Shown piece after piece: positions 23,701 through 37,012 of a stretch of 64,000 bases of DNA. The notes below the pieces were generated by a model. That model had not been told where the DNA came from. It did not search any database and worked only from the letters and a program-made list of their open reading frames with translations. Source of the DNA: Antedon mediterranea (taxonomy: Eukaryota; Animalia; Echinodermata). Every line of letters starts with the position of its first letter. The stretch's first letter is position 1. The stretch covers positions 2,790,001-2,854,000 of the forward strand of contig NC_092671.1 in assembly GCF_964355755.1 (NCBI RefSeq), written 5' to 3'. The translations under genes were made by a program, and so were the position numbers.

Positions 23701-25373
23701 TGGTAGGCGCTGAACTGCTGGCTGCAGTGGGTCCAAATTTCCTCAGTTTCCAGTTAAGCTTAAGAACCAAGAATAAATACATTCAACATTTATGGTGAGT
23801 CACATATTGATCCGTTTAATATACTTTGATTTGTCAATGTACCTGTGAAACTGTGATACTAAGTCGTCCAACGGTCGCTTGTTGGTAAGTGCCAGGATTC
23901 ACGTTCTGCTCGTATTGAAGCATTCTAGCGGTTTGCTCGTCATTATTAATCTGTTGCGAGTGTCCATCTGGAACTGTAATACCCCCTCCCCCTCCACCGA
24001 TTGACAGAAAATCATCAGGAAGTTCACCAACCATAACCTGTGAGGGGGTAATATAAGCAAAGATACAACTGTAAAGGAATGCTTCAGCTGACCCTAGAAA
24101 CAAAAGCTATGTCTAGACGGAAGCCGATCACTCCGGCCGCGCTTCACTCCGGCCGCCGTATCAGTTTAGCGCGATGTTATGCACTCCGGCCGCTATTCAA
24201 TTCGACTTCCTGTGCAAAGGGGCCGTTAGTATGGTGCGCCCATATCTATGTTTTCTATACTGTTCAGTGTTATAACAAATTCTTGGTGACCAAAAGAATT
24301 AAAAGAAAAAAGAATTTAAATGGAACTAGTTGATTAGCAACAATTTTACTTTTTTCATTAACATTCAAAGAAGTTTGAACTGCTTTTTCTTTCAAACTAA
24401 ACTTAACTTATCCTTTCAAATAATCAAATACCCGTCTAATTAATGCTTGAATAACAATATTTAATTTCTTTCTATGTACATTTTATAGCTTTACATTAAC
24501 ATTAAAAATTAGTTAAAAACCTTATTTTTATAACACTTTATCTTGCCAGTACCCATACTTACTAATTATAGTTAATAACAATATGTAAAATATTAATAAA
24601 TTTATTTCAAATAATCAAATATCAGTCTAATTAATGTTTATTTTGATTAGCTCTACAAAAAACGTGTCTCGGTTGTAAAAGACTCATTGGGCGCTCCATA
24701 GCTGCGGCCGGATTTAAGCGCGGCCGGAGTGATCTGTATTCGTCTAGACTAGCCTAAGGCACATTTATTTTAGTATTAAAACTATTATTTTTATTCATAG
24801 AATCTCTAGAGTAAGTAGAGTAGGCCTATTACTAATATTTCATGCCAGTTTTAAATGCATTTCCATTTTATATTACTATGGACAATAAAATAGTTTCAGT
24901 ATTACTATTAATAATTATTATAAATAATAAATGATTGACAATTTTAATAATTAGCAAACTTTTAAGTTCTAAAAAAGAAAAAAAAGCCACTCATATTAGC
25001 TTGGCTAGTTAGATTTATTAGATTTAGTAGGCTACTTCTAGTCCTAAAATAGTAGACATGGTCTAGTACCTACCTCGAGGGTCTAGGCCGTATGGATAAC
25101 CCTAGTCTATCTATGCAGCTGCACATTCCGGCGTAGGCCTAGGTGGTAGGCTCTACGTTAAAAAAAAAAGAGGCAGGCCTAGGCCTAGGCCTAGCTAGGA
25201 AAAGGCATGAGAATAAAACCATGATTGCCAGAAATTAAATATATTTTATATTTCAAAGTGAGCACTGATACTTCCACTCAATATAGCTTCAATTAAAAAA
25301 CTAAATCATTGCATAAGTTATGAAAAAACAAGTAATACAATACCTGGTCCCGTCTCGTAGTCGTAGAAGACAT
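20798..25373 (-). CDS. TOLLIP: Toll-interacting protein; exons 25373-25344, 24037-23843, 23374-23192, 22616-22464, 21574-21466, 21012-20798
   Basis: [10 protein letters not shown]|[11 protein letters not shown] (Tom1-binding region); C2 domain GRLSITVSQ|[46 protein letters not shown]|[33 protein letters not shown]; CUE domain [23 protein letters not shown]; GT-AG introns in phase. Confidence 0.97.
21045..21112 (+). mobile_element. Degenerate tRNA-derived SINE head
   Basis: A-box-like GGTGGTCTAGTGG and B-box-like GGTTCAAGTCCC without a full cloverleaf. Confidence 0.45.
21659..21787. mobile_element. MITE family A (PIF/Harbinger-like), copy 1
   Basis: TIR AGCTCTGTCTACACTATC, internal AAATATGGTAGTGATATGACGTCATCATGTCCAT, TA/TAA/TTA flanks. 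Confidence 0.85.
22979..23102. mobile_element. MITE family A, copy 2
   Basis: AGCTCTGTCCACACTATCAAA...TTTGATAGTGTAGACAGAGCT. Confidence 0.9.
23405..23780 (+). mobile_element. Degenerate 5S rRNA-derived sequence followed by a SINE body
   Basis: ACACCGGTTCTCATCAGATCATTAAAGTTAAGCAACGTTGGGCCCAGTT..GAGACCGTCAGGAA matches animal 5S rRNA with many substitutions; then CCTCAGGCAAGATGCTTTACTCTCATTGCCT and GGGATGTAAAGCCGTTGGTCC..GTTAAAGAAC..AAAGAGTAGGGG, typical SINE central domains. Confidence 0.7.
24118..24742. mobile_element. MITE with GC-rich TIRs in TOLLIP intron 1
   Basis: CGGAAGCCGATCACTCCGGCCGCGCTTCACTCCGGCCGC / GCGGCCGGATTTAAGCGCGGCCGGAGTGATCTGTATTCG; TCTAGA on both flanks. Confidence 0.85.
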
Positions 25374-26744
25374 CTTGTTTTTGATGTTTACAAACGAAAT
25401 TTCCGGAAAAACAACAGAGCCCTCTATAACAGCGTCAATTACTGCACTGGTTCCCGGTGGTGTTCTGCAGGTGACTTTTCTGCAGCAACTGCTTTTATGG
25501 GAAAAAAATTGAATTCGAACATTACGTACCTTTATTGAGATGACAATAGAAATATGGAATTAGTAATTAAAAGTGATTTGTGTCGGCTTTATTTTCATGA
25601 GTACAATTTTATCATTCGGATTTATTATTCCAACATCATGGTGGATTGATGTAATGTTTTCGATTTCATTTGATTTAAATATCACATAGTTTACTAAGTT
25701 TTACCAAGGCCTTACTAGTTTTACTTCTTGATTTGTATGGCATATTAGTTTCTTTAGATGCAGTTCACTACATGTTTGTGCTATTCAATATAAATATTGA
25801 AGGACTATTTCTGATGAAGAAATATTAAAAGTAACACTCATAAATAATTTGGAACACAACCTATTTATAGTAGTATATATACTTCATTCCTTTAACAATT
25901 TTGTTAATGATTTGAAAACGTTGTAATATTTACTATAAAATACAGTTTTTTATTAAAGATACCGCTAAACGCGTCAGATATTAAACAAACGCGTCAGATG
26001 TTAAAAACATGCGTCAGACATTAAAACTCTATCAGGTTTGATTTGATTAATTTCGATACCATGCCAACGAAAGAACAATCATTTTGTATGGTACCGGAGA
26101 TAGGCCTCTAACCCCCAAAGGAGATTTACATTCTATGGGGTCCCTATATTTTAACTGTATGTTAATTGCATTGATATGTACTGCTTTTGCTATTTCAGTG
26201 TTATTCTTCATAGTAAATGTATTTGTTAGTATGGGACAAACCTTCGACTAGCGAAAGATACTGTATTTTGTTTCCTCCACTTGCTTTTGCTATTGGTACG
26301 AGAAGAATCTGAATAGGGTTAATGGTAGAATATCCAAGTTATCCATCTTACGTTGTAAAAACTAGTAGCTGTATACACGTAAAGGTAAGATAGATACAGA
26401 GCACTGTAGGTACGTCCATAATGTAGGTCTTTGCTACTTAGTTCCGGTAAAGGCCAGTATACTACTGTAGTAGTGTTATTAGTCCGGAAATAATAGCTTT
26501 AAATTTCCATCCGGCCATGTGCAATATCGTGAAATTTTATAACATAAAACACATTGTAAAAACTACTTAACATCGTAAACTGTTCATTGTCTAGTAAAAT
26601 ATTTATATTAAAAGTCATGCCTCACTCGTTGCATTATTCTTATCTCTCCCGTCTCCAGCTTAGGAATCCGGACTCAGTGTGAACGTAGCTTAAATGAATA
26701 GAACATTATTATTTATGTGTGTGTGGAAACTCTACACGACTGAC

Positions 26745-26960
26745 ATGGGAACCACCAGCACCTGGGAATCTCCTGGAGCACCTGGGTACCATCAGAACCT
26801 GGGCACCTCCAGCACATGGGCACCACCATTACCTGGGCACCTCCAGCGGCATATGGGCACCTTCAGCAGCACCCGGGTACCTCCACCAGCACCTAGGCAC
26901 CTCCAGCAGCACCTGGGTACCATCACTACTCTTGAGGACCACGAGAACACGGGCACCCCA
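26745..26960 (+). repeat. GC-rich ~20-bp degenerate minisatellite
   Basis: CACCTCCAGCAGCACCTGGG variants ~10 times; source of ORFs 26694-27047. Confidence 0.85.
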
Positions 26961-29306
26961 AAATGTACCAGAAGCACACACTTGATTTTCACACATTAGC
27001 CTAAGACCGATCAATAAAACAGACGCTATATGAACGTTGAATTTCAACTTTATTTATTTGAACCATAAGTAAAATAATATATAAACTACTATCGTGTATT
27101 CTAAAATGAATAAACTATACATTTCCTATGATGCATTGCGTTCTAAAAATATACTTTAACCTATGACCTACGAGTGTATTTACTTACAAAAATAATAAAC
27201 TAAAAACGACAAATTAAATGTAACGAAATGTATAAGAATCAACCTTGTATGTATGTATGTAAAAGAGTATCATGAGCATTCATTTTACTGCATAATATTA
27301 ATAAATTGTGGAATACTTGTTTAGTCTGAGTATACAGTGTTTTTAAAGATTGTTTTAATCATAAATCCTTGTTTTAAAGTTTAAACAAATACTATGGATG
27401 TCAACTGTACAGAACAGATAACTAAATTGAGAAAAATCGTAGACGTTTAAAGGTTACGTAACTTGTTGCTTTCACTGTGTATTCCTGGTGCTTTAGAAAA
27501 TACAATTGTTTTTTATCAAATAAAACAATCGTTTGCCCTCAACACAACATAATACGTACATCCATACATTAAATTTCAATTTACTCTTCCGACCGAGGCC
27601 AAAGGTCAAACTGATATATATGCATTGTTAGGTAAAACTTTAAAAAATATAATTATAATATCAGACTTTTTCTCTGTATTTTTACACTATACACACCCAC
27701 CAACACGTCTTTTCTTCTTTTTTTCAAATCCACCCGATTCGGCAGTTGTAAATATGTAAATCCTAACTGACAATCGCAAGTCATCTAGATACTTAATAAG
27801 CCTAGACAAATGACTTGCAATAGTCAGTTAAGATTTGCATAGTTACAGTGTCAAATTGATATAATTATTTAATCTTCCGAGGCCGAAAGAGATTGTAATT
27901 AAATTTATTATCTTAATTAAACAAAATAATACGTTAAATAATTATAAAGTTTGAAATCTTAGATAACATAAAATTAATTATTATTACCAGCAATAATTAT
28001 TAATCGTTGTAAATTAATTTCATATTAATAATTATAATTTATGGCTTCCATGTAAAACACATTGTTCTTTTAGCGCAAGCATTCTTAAATGTTAAAAAAC
28101 CCTTTAAAGTTGTGAAGTATACCAACAAGGTATTCATTGTGGCTAAATGTGGCAACAAATAAATCCTAAAATGATATTCCAATCAACAAACTTATCTTAC
28201 GAACTATAGAAGTTTTTTTCGGTGACAAAAAAAACAATGGCATACTAAAATAATAAGAAATAAATAAAATAAACGTGCCGTACAAAAGCATTATACATAA
28301 ACTAGAAGCCCCCCTGGTGGGCTGAATTACATCTGCGTGTTATGTAGCGTCCCATACATGTGTATGACGAGCACTATTATTGGAGTAATGAAAATGGAAC
28401 TGCCAAACAACCCTGAAAACATGGGGGAATTAAAATACTATATTTCTTCTTAATAATTTTCAGCTAAATTTGACAAAAAACGCGTCAGCAATATTAAGCA
28501 AAAACGCGTCAGACAACATTAGGAAACTACGGGTTAAAGAAATTTCCGCGTGAAAAACGCGTTTTTCCTCGATCAAGAACCAATTTGGAAACGTATGCAT
28601 TAAACAAAATGTTCCTCCATACATTGCTGCTCTATAACTATTAAATTCATATCACATAAATATAACAACATGACCTCTTATAATGGATGGTTTTGGGCAT
28701 GCGCAGTGATATATGAAACCGTCGGCACCTGTCAACATTATTTGGAAGCGTTAATTCAAAACGTCATGACACCACCACCCAGCAACTCCCACAGAAGCAG
28801 ACGACAATTGAACTCGTACATGTTGACACGGAATCAGACGAACGTCATGTGGCAGACGGTAACAGATGAGCGCCATTTTAGTACTTGCAAAGTATTTAAC
28901 ATTCCTGAAACATTTCTAGGGAATATTAAAATCTCATTTAAAACACAAGACGAGATGTTAAAATGTCGGTATATTTAATGTTACTCAATGTTTTTTTCTT
29001 CTCATTAAATTGGTTCTAGCTTAAATGTTGAAAGGAAATCAAAATCCCTTAACGACTTCCTCTCTTCTGAAACGAAATCACCTCATATCTTAACACCTTC
29101 CCATGCAACAAAATCTGAAATTTAAACTGACTCCGAAAGACACATTTTTTAAATCCGTGGGAAAACAGTTAATATAGGTTTAAATTCAACGTTATTCCAG
29201 ACTATACGACTTGAATACTGTACTTGTTAGGCCCCCATACATCCGTTTAATACGTCATACAAATAAAACATAATATTATTTACATTTCCTTATTAAAATA
29301 ATTTAT

Positions 29307-30095
29307 TCAGGAACAAGGCATTTCTGTTAGGTTGACGGGTTCCCCAAGGCCAGAGTCAGTCTCTGTACAGTAACTTTCTGGGTACGCACTCGGCGAGTCT
29401 AAGTCTTTAGAACTACCCTCACTTCCATCTACGTCCATACTACGAGTTAGTTCGTTCTCATTAAATGTTGGCCCTGTTTCCAACCCGTTACACTTTTGCA
29501 CGTACATTTCCTTATCTACGTTCGTGATGTGTTCAAAACAACATGGTAATGATATTTCAGTCTTAAGTACTTTTGATTTATTTTTCTTCTTTGTGTCTTT
29601 CCGTTTATCCTTAATTGTTCCGAGGTTCACATCTTTTTGATCTGAAATCCACGTGTTTACCGTGCGTAGGAGCTCATTCCCCGCCCGTTCACTGTCGAAA
29701 CTCAGCCCAGCTATTTTCCCGGGCTCCGTTGACAGTGCCATAGTGTGGAAGTTTTTCGAAGGTGACTTATAGTTCGATTGCTGATTAAGCGAGTCATTCC
29801 ATAAAACAAATCCAGTCCCCCTTTCTGCCAGATAAATTTGTAATTGTTTATCTCTTCTAGAACCAGGGTTCCCTCGGTTGTACACCACCGCCGGGATACC
29901 TTTCTGGACCAGTTCCCATCCGGACAAATTCGCGATACCTTCAAGCGTCGTGAAATATAAGTTAGCAAGCCCAGGGCAAACATACACCTGACAGTTTAAG
30001 CTTAGAAAAAACGCTTCAATTTGCCGAACTTCCTCATCAGAAATACTTTTAGCCATCGTTTGGTTTGTCGTATCGCTGGCCTTCAAATCCAACAT
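29307..30095 (-). CDS. Uncharacterised 262-aa protein with WH1/EVH1-like domain, lysine-rich basic region and CRIB-like motif; single coding exon
   Basis: Long non-repetitive ORF of coding-like composition; ANLY..W..GIP.V..LQIYLAERGTGFVLW..Y..FHT..AGLSFDSE..LL fits the WH1/EVH1 pattern; KDKRKDTKKKNKSK then EISLPCCFEHITNV (IS.P..F.H); upstream minus-strand acceptor TTTTTAATTTCAG near 30388. Confidence 0.8.
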   Translation of the reverse strand: MLDLKASDTTNQTMAKSISDEEVRQIEAFFLSLNCQVYVCPGLANLYFTTLEGIANLSGWELVQKGIPAVVYNRGNPGSRRDKQLQIYLAERGTGFVLWNDSLNQQSNYKSPSKNFHTMALSTEPGKIAGLSFDSERAGNELLRTVNTWISDQKDVNLGTIKDKRKDTKKKNKSKVLKTEISLPCCFEHITNVDKEMYVQKCNGLETGPTFNENELTRSMDVDGSEGSSKDLDSPSAYPESYCTETDSGLGEPVNLTEMPCS

Positions 30096-33000
30096 GAGTG
30101 GGAATAAAAGTTGCTCAATCTATCACAATTTAAGTCGATCCAATCCAAAAAAAAAAACACAATTAACCTTCAACAACCAAAGCGCGATCCACCATTGAGA
30201 TCGAATCAGGTGTACTACCTTCTCCCACGCGCCATCTAACTCAAGTGCGTCAATGCTTGAATAAAACGTTTAAATCCTTTAAACTTTGACAACTATTTTT
30301 TTTACAAAATATGATTTCTCAAATTTGGTTTTACTTCCTCGTTGTTGGCTTATATTCCATAAACGGTACCTCAATGAATCAGTAAACCTGAAATTAAAAA
30401 CATAATAATTATTAATACCAATTCATTCGATTCATGCAATGTACGTATTATGTATGTAACATAATTCATTCATTCGTCATGTCAATATAGGAAGCTATTA
30501 TGACACGAGAAATACAACGACCCGCCATTTCAGTGTGTGGGATGCACACTACTACCGTAGTACTATACTTGACCCAAGTCTGTAGTTATTTTGAGGATTT
30601 TCGATGTTTGCCTGAAATACAAGTAGTATACGTATGAAACGCCATATGTGCCAAACTATTTATCTTTTTACTACTATTAAGTCAAAACTCCGTCTGGAAC
30701 TAGACTACCGTAGTATTTTCGTTTCGAAACGGCAGACGATCAAGACGGTAATCAGACCGTAACGGATGTGTAACGTTGACGGAATGTACCGTCGTCTCGT
30801 CTTCGTTTAACGCTCCGAAACACGAACGTTCGCTATTATCTGCCATCCTGAAAAGGTGAACACGTAGGGCTCCATATCCAACGTACACTGCATTTTAAAT
30901 ACAATCCGCTACTACACAGCTTACCAAATAATTTATCTCTTTAAATTAAAAAGCAGGTACTCTGTACTATTGTATCGGTTAGACCTAATTCTTCGTAATG
31001 AATCCGGAAATTCGTCATTCGTTTATAAGACCGAAACATTTCCGATATAGTAATTAACATACAGTATTTGAATCAATTCGAAGAACAATGATAGATTGTT
31101 TATTACAAAGTATCTACTTATGCTCCCCGGGAAATAAACAAAACGCGTTCACACGCACACAAACGAATCGTGAACGCAAGTGCGTCAACCGTTGGTTATA
31201 AAGATCGAATAACTGGAACTATTATAACATAACACACTATAATTATGGAGGTTTTCCACCTCTATCATTCTCATAGAAAAAACAAATGCGTTGTGTAGTG
31301 TATAAATAGATTGGCTATAGTAAAACTATGGGTTTGTATACTAAACCGTGGGAATGCATGTCGTCTTTAGCATGTCATACTTTCACTCACTATTCCCTGA
31401 TCACTCGCGAAAAGTACAACTACTATATAAAAGTAGTAACAGTTGAACGCCTCATAACTATTATGTACAAATCTATCATCATAATAGTGATGCATTCACA
31501 CCCCTTTGTTATCGAATAATACAACTTTTCTAAACAAAATTAACTTATAACCTCTTTTTGTAAAGGAAAGACGTGATGCCTTTGATAACCATTTCGTATC
31601 TCTTGTGTAAAAGGGACTGTTCAAACGTTTAGATTACCATACTTGTAATAAAAAGATTATTATCTGGTACGTATCCTATAGGAAATCGTCCTTCCTGAAG
31701 TCTTTACTTTGATACTCGGTCGCAAACCACATTGATCCTTGACCAAAAGGCCGACTCTACGACTGCATAGATATAAAGGTCCTTGTATACCAACTCTGCA
31801 TGTAAACGTGTTCTTGTGAAACAACCTCAAGGTATAAGTCAAAAGAGGACGCTACATAAGTAAGCAATGTGTACAATCGCTCGAGTTCCTATTCCTCTGA
31901 TGTGAAACAATCCCTCGAGTTAATTTCATACGACATTAATGTGACACAATCGCTCAAATCAAATTTCATTTTAGACACTTAACCTCCTGTAGATAACAGG
32001 TATCTAAATCTCGCAATGAGATCCCCTTTTGGGACAGACTATTAAGGGACACTTTTTGTGTGCTTAGGGTTGGTGCTTAGGGTTAATGCATCGGCATAAC
32101 CACATTCCTTTAAGGAGGCCTCCATTGACGACAAATTGGAGTATAGGTACAATGTATTTGACAATTCAAGTTTAGTCTTTGTATATTTCATGATAAAAAG
32201 CACTCTATGTATATGAAACCGAAGGTAATGGCACTTATCGCTTTCTATTATTCTACAGTATTCAGCATAGTCGTACAACAATAGTTTTTATTGACAATTC
32301 CAACGATGGTTAATGCGGATACCATGTTTAGATCGTACTGGTATGAATATAAAACAGCGTTATGATTAATAAAATATAATAGACCTAGGATATCAAGTGA
32401 AATGTCGTCTGTTGGTTTGCCTCTGAATGGTATCGGAGAGTACCATCACATCCCATTAGAAGTGTTTTTGTTTACTACAGTTCATAGGTCAAGTAGTAAT
32501 GTATTACCGAGAGATAAACACTCACCTAATCAAAAGTAAACCGTACGACAACAATGTACAATTCAGGCTTGTTCAAACATACACATGGCCGCAAAAAATC
32601 CCCATTTGTTTACCGTATTGTTTGCGTGTCATACTTACGTTTCAACGTTTTTTAGGAGTAATGCAAGTTGTATTTCTTATTAACTTACTTAAACCGTCCG
32701 TCAGTTGATCGGATCAATAACTATCGGATAAATAGCTACAGATCAGCTATCGTATCAATAGCCATCAATGTCAAAATCATCGTATTACCGGCCTTCTGTG
32801 GGACACCTCTATCCAGGGGACACCCCGATCAAGGGGAACTTAAACCACGAAATGAACAAAGGGGGAATATTTGTTTAATTAGAACCATTCATCATTAATG
32901 CCCTCAAAACTGACGCCTATTTTGTCAACAATACTCTCAAGAACTTACCAAGAACTTGACTTTGAACGTGAAGGCTGGGAAGTTGATGAGTTTTCAAGTT

Positions 33001-33648
33001 GTTTCCATAGCAACTTAATGTCATTTGATTGTATATCACATACATCCAAGTGAAAAAAAGTGTTCGAAGGAATTTCGATCAATCATTGCCCTCAGAAGGA
33101 AATTAATGATATGGAATGTTGTGGTCCATTTATTCCAGCACATTAACAAAATGGTATAGGCCTATAATAATGTTTATTTCTTCAAACATCGGTGGCATCT
33201 GTCTAGTCTAGGATCTTTCTCTTTATATCGACATTCCAAACATTTTAAAGACAGAATATACAAATATGTCTTTTTAATGAGAAGCAGTTGAGTAAACCCT
33301 TTATTTATTTTAGCCAACTTTAAAAAAAGTTTCAGTAGTCATTTATCTATCAAAATCCGCGCATGTTTGTCAGAGATGACGTCCCATATTTGATGTATAG
33401 ATATAAAAATAAGTCTATATGATTTTAGATCTAAGAATATGATAAATGATACATTGTGAAAGCTATTGAACTCATTAAGTATTTAATGTTTTTATTTACT
33501 GGAAAAAATCGATTAATGGCCAGAAACAGACGGTGGAAAAGTACATTATGCATGAAAATGTGGTTATATTATCTAAGTAGGCCTGTGACGTGCACCTAAA
33601 CGTGAACCCACATTTTGCGTTTTCGTCTTTGTTTTCAACGTTTACTTA

Positions 33649-33798
33649 AGCTCTCTCCACACTATCCAACATTATAATGAAAAAAAATGTGAAGTGCCCA
33701 TATATGGATGATGTCATATCACTACCATATTTGGGCATATCACTACCATATTTGGACACATTACACTTTCAAACTAGTTTGATAGTGTAGTCAGAGCT
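33649..33798. mobile_element. MITE family A, copy 3
   Basis: Same TIRs, opposite orientation, two internal 20-bp repeats. Confidence 0.85.
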
Positions 33799-35609
33799 TT
33801 AGAAAACATGTGTGCCTACAAGCAGCAATTTGGTATTTGCCATTTTTATTTCTACGCAAAACAGTGTATAATTTACACTGTGACAGACAAATGTATGACT
33901 AGTTGTGTATGTTAATGTATGATCAGATTTTGACAGACTTTAATGTATGATCTGCGTGCCTGTCTTAAGTAACCCAGATCATTATTGTATAGGATGTGTA
34001 TTTATTAAACTTTGTTTAATGAGGGCGACTCAAAATATGGTATTATGACATACCTTAATGTATGATTGTGTATGCCTGCATGTGTGTACTAGTAGGCTTT
34101 TCACGATGACCTCTTTACGACCTAATTATGAATGTGGCCGAGGAACACCGTCGAAGAATGGATCAAACACATTTTTTCGCGTAAATGGTCGACTGGAAAG
34201 GGGTTGAAACTCAATCAATCAAAGTTACCCTAGCTCGAACGGCGCGAATATCGCTCGTTGGGAGGAGATATAAGAGCATGGAGCTATACAAAATAAATGC
34301 TATTATAGGCTAATATAGATGCAGATAGATGTAGCAGCTTCCAATGATACATGGGTCAGTGGATGATTCATCGGATTATAATTCAAGTATTTGCTAACAT
34401 GGCTATTGAATCGGAGTTTATTATATTAATACCTTATTAATTTAGTTATCACAACACTCCAATGGTCTCTTGTGATTTGCGTAATGTCAATATTAAAATA
34501 AAATCAATGTATGTCAACTTCAATTAACCGGAAATATGTGACGAGATGGGATGAGTAATATTGATGTCTTTGTACTTAAGATTCAGTAACGGAAAATAAA
34601 CTCAATCAGAAATAAATAAACAACCATTTTACGTTAGATGCGTATTAACAACGAGACCTGCATTTTTAGAGGTACAGTACTTGAAAGGATTCGATCGATT
34701 AGGCTAAATCCTACAATATCGAGAAATAAAAAGAAACCGGAAACTGGAAAAAGGCCTAGTTAGAATGAATGTTCAAAAACGTAAACGGTACATTCCGAAA
34801 CGAAAACAACATACAGTATTCGGTTTGTAACCAAACTATAGCGGATAATAATTGTTTTTCTCTTCCGAATCCGCTTTCTCTGTGGTTTAATTAAAAATAA
34901 TGCGTTATAGACCCACTAGTTCTTTTCGATTTAACGCTTAAACTGCGCTCAGCACCACCACACGTTTAATGAACCAGCTTCGTAAAAAATTATAAACATC
35001 ATGAGGAATAAAAATGTATTATACATGTTCAGTGTTTTGTGAATTTTATAACATGCGGCAGCCATCTGCTTTGGACACACGTGTCCACACATATTGCTTC
35101 AATTCAACCACACCATGCATAACCACTAATATTTTGAAAACTTAATCTGGAACAACAATAATAATAGCACAATAGAAATTAGGAATACCTAATACCCATG
35201 GTGGTGGTTCAAGGGAACGGGAGCCGTTCCAAAATCTGTACGAGTGTACGATAAAACAATTTCAATATATAATATTGTTTTGAATACATTACTGTAGGCC
35301 TTGAGAATGATAATTTTTAATTTTATTAAATATTAGTTACAAAAATTGCAAAACCGGAAGACCTTGTTTTTAATTGTTTCCGGGTTTTGAGCTCGAAAAG
35401 AAAGAAAAGATACGGACATGGACGATAATAGAGAGTTAGGCATGTGTTTATCTTAACAGTGTCACACGCACAGAAACCAATACGTACCATGACCAGACGT
35501 TTTAGTACTTCCTATGCCTGCAATAAATCCATTTTCATTTACGAAAACAAAAGTTTTAGGAAAAATGTTACGTTCTAATGGATTCAAATAGAAAGAATTA
35601 CTAGGCCGA

Positions 35610-35800
35610 CTCGCTTCTTCCTAGTTCTGGTGGTGGAACAAGTCTTCTCTCGGTTAAGGACTAGCAAACCGTAGGCCCAGCGTACACATCTCTATAACCT
35701 GTGTGCACTTTTAAAGAACCCAGTTCATCATATTCGAGACGACTATAGGGGATTCACAAAATAGCCCCTTTCCATCAGGAGGATTACCACCAATCCGATA
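35610..35800 (+). mobile_element. SINE remnant (Meta-domain-like)
   Basis: CAAGTCTTCTCTCGGTTAAGGACTAGCAAACCGTAGGCCC..CACTTTTAAAGAACCCA..TTCGAGACG..TAGGGG resembles 23590-23680. Confidence 0.5.
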
Positions 35801-36089
35801 GGACAGTGATTGATTTACTATTGGAAATCCATGGCCACCAAAATGAAATAAAATAAACAAAATCATAGCATTATATATTACAAAGTCTAAAGATGATGAT
35901 CGGTTCCTTGATTTGAGAAGACCCTATAATTGCAGGAGGCTCTAATTGGAAGATGGATAATTGGAGGATATTTGTACTCTAATTTAAAGGGTGTCTAATT
36001 GGGTGTATCTAATTTAAATTCATATATAAGCCAAGTTGGAGTGATATTCATTTCATACGGATAACAGATATAACGGTAGTTTTCCCATG

Positions 36090-36340
36090 AGTCAGCCGCA
36101 CCGGAGGTGTAATCCCAGGGCACCATCCTTGCTCCCCTTATTTTCTTATTTACAATCAATCCTGCATAACAAGTTTGTTACTCATCCTGAAATTGGCATT
36201 TGCAAATATGTTAATGATTTAACAATTGGGTGAACGCTGTACTGTACTATAATACATTGCAAGAATGTTATGAACATATGTAGCACCAATATAAACAAAT
36301 TAAAATTAACTCCTAATTGAAATGTCATGTCATGTATATT
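36090..36340 (+). mobile_element. Old, degenerate LINE RT fragment
   Basis: With a frameshift reads GV.PQGTILAPLIFLFTIN...CKYVNDLTI (PQG and YVDD-like motifs). Confidence 0.6.
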
Positions 36341-36949
36341 GTTTATATATTTTGTGGCCAAGAAATCTAACCACTGTCCCGAATTGTTATTTTACTAACA
36401 TTACTTATAGAGAGATCATGAACCCTTCCCAATAGATTGTAAGGGCGTCTAGTTATGATCAAAATGTTCAATTTGGAGGGATTTTAATTGAATAATTATA
36501 TAATTAATTGTCATTAAGATAAACTCCTTTTTATAAAGAAACTATTGTAAACGTACGAGCAGGCTAGGCAGGTGTTTGAAGTATGTTGACCTCAGTCAAG
36601 TACACACAGTCGATATTTAACTTGGTGGGTAATTGTCATTATGTAATTAATGGTAACATATTGCTGCAACACCTTTTATTTTGTAATCTTTTAGGGAAGA
36701 GTATGATAGGCCTACATACAATTGTTTCTATATAATTTGTGACTGTCTATACAAACACTACGGTACATAATAAAATACTACAGTAAGTATACCACATCTA
36801 ATTAACTGGCTGTGTGTTTACGTTGCGTAGTACGCTTTTTTAGACGTGAATTAAACCACCCATTGGTCTTCAGATGTTTTACCATACTATACTCTATACT
36901 CTGACGTAATTGTACTGTGTAACTCAGTACACTGAGAACACATTATGAA

Positions 36950-37012
36950 ACAGAGGACTCGAACCCACGACCTCCAGATCACCAGCCATGTGATCTTACG
37001 TCACACGCCATA
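36950..37012 (-). mobile_element. Degenerate tRNA-derived SINE head
   Basis: Minus strand GGTGATCTGGAGGTCGTGGGTTCGAGTCCT (B box); related piece at ~6405-6430. Confidence 0.45.

Noticed and set aside
26694-27047. Pro/Gly-rich ORFs on both strands
   Set aside because: Derived from a GC-rich 20-bp minisatellite.
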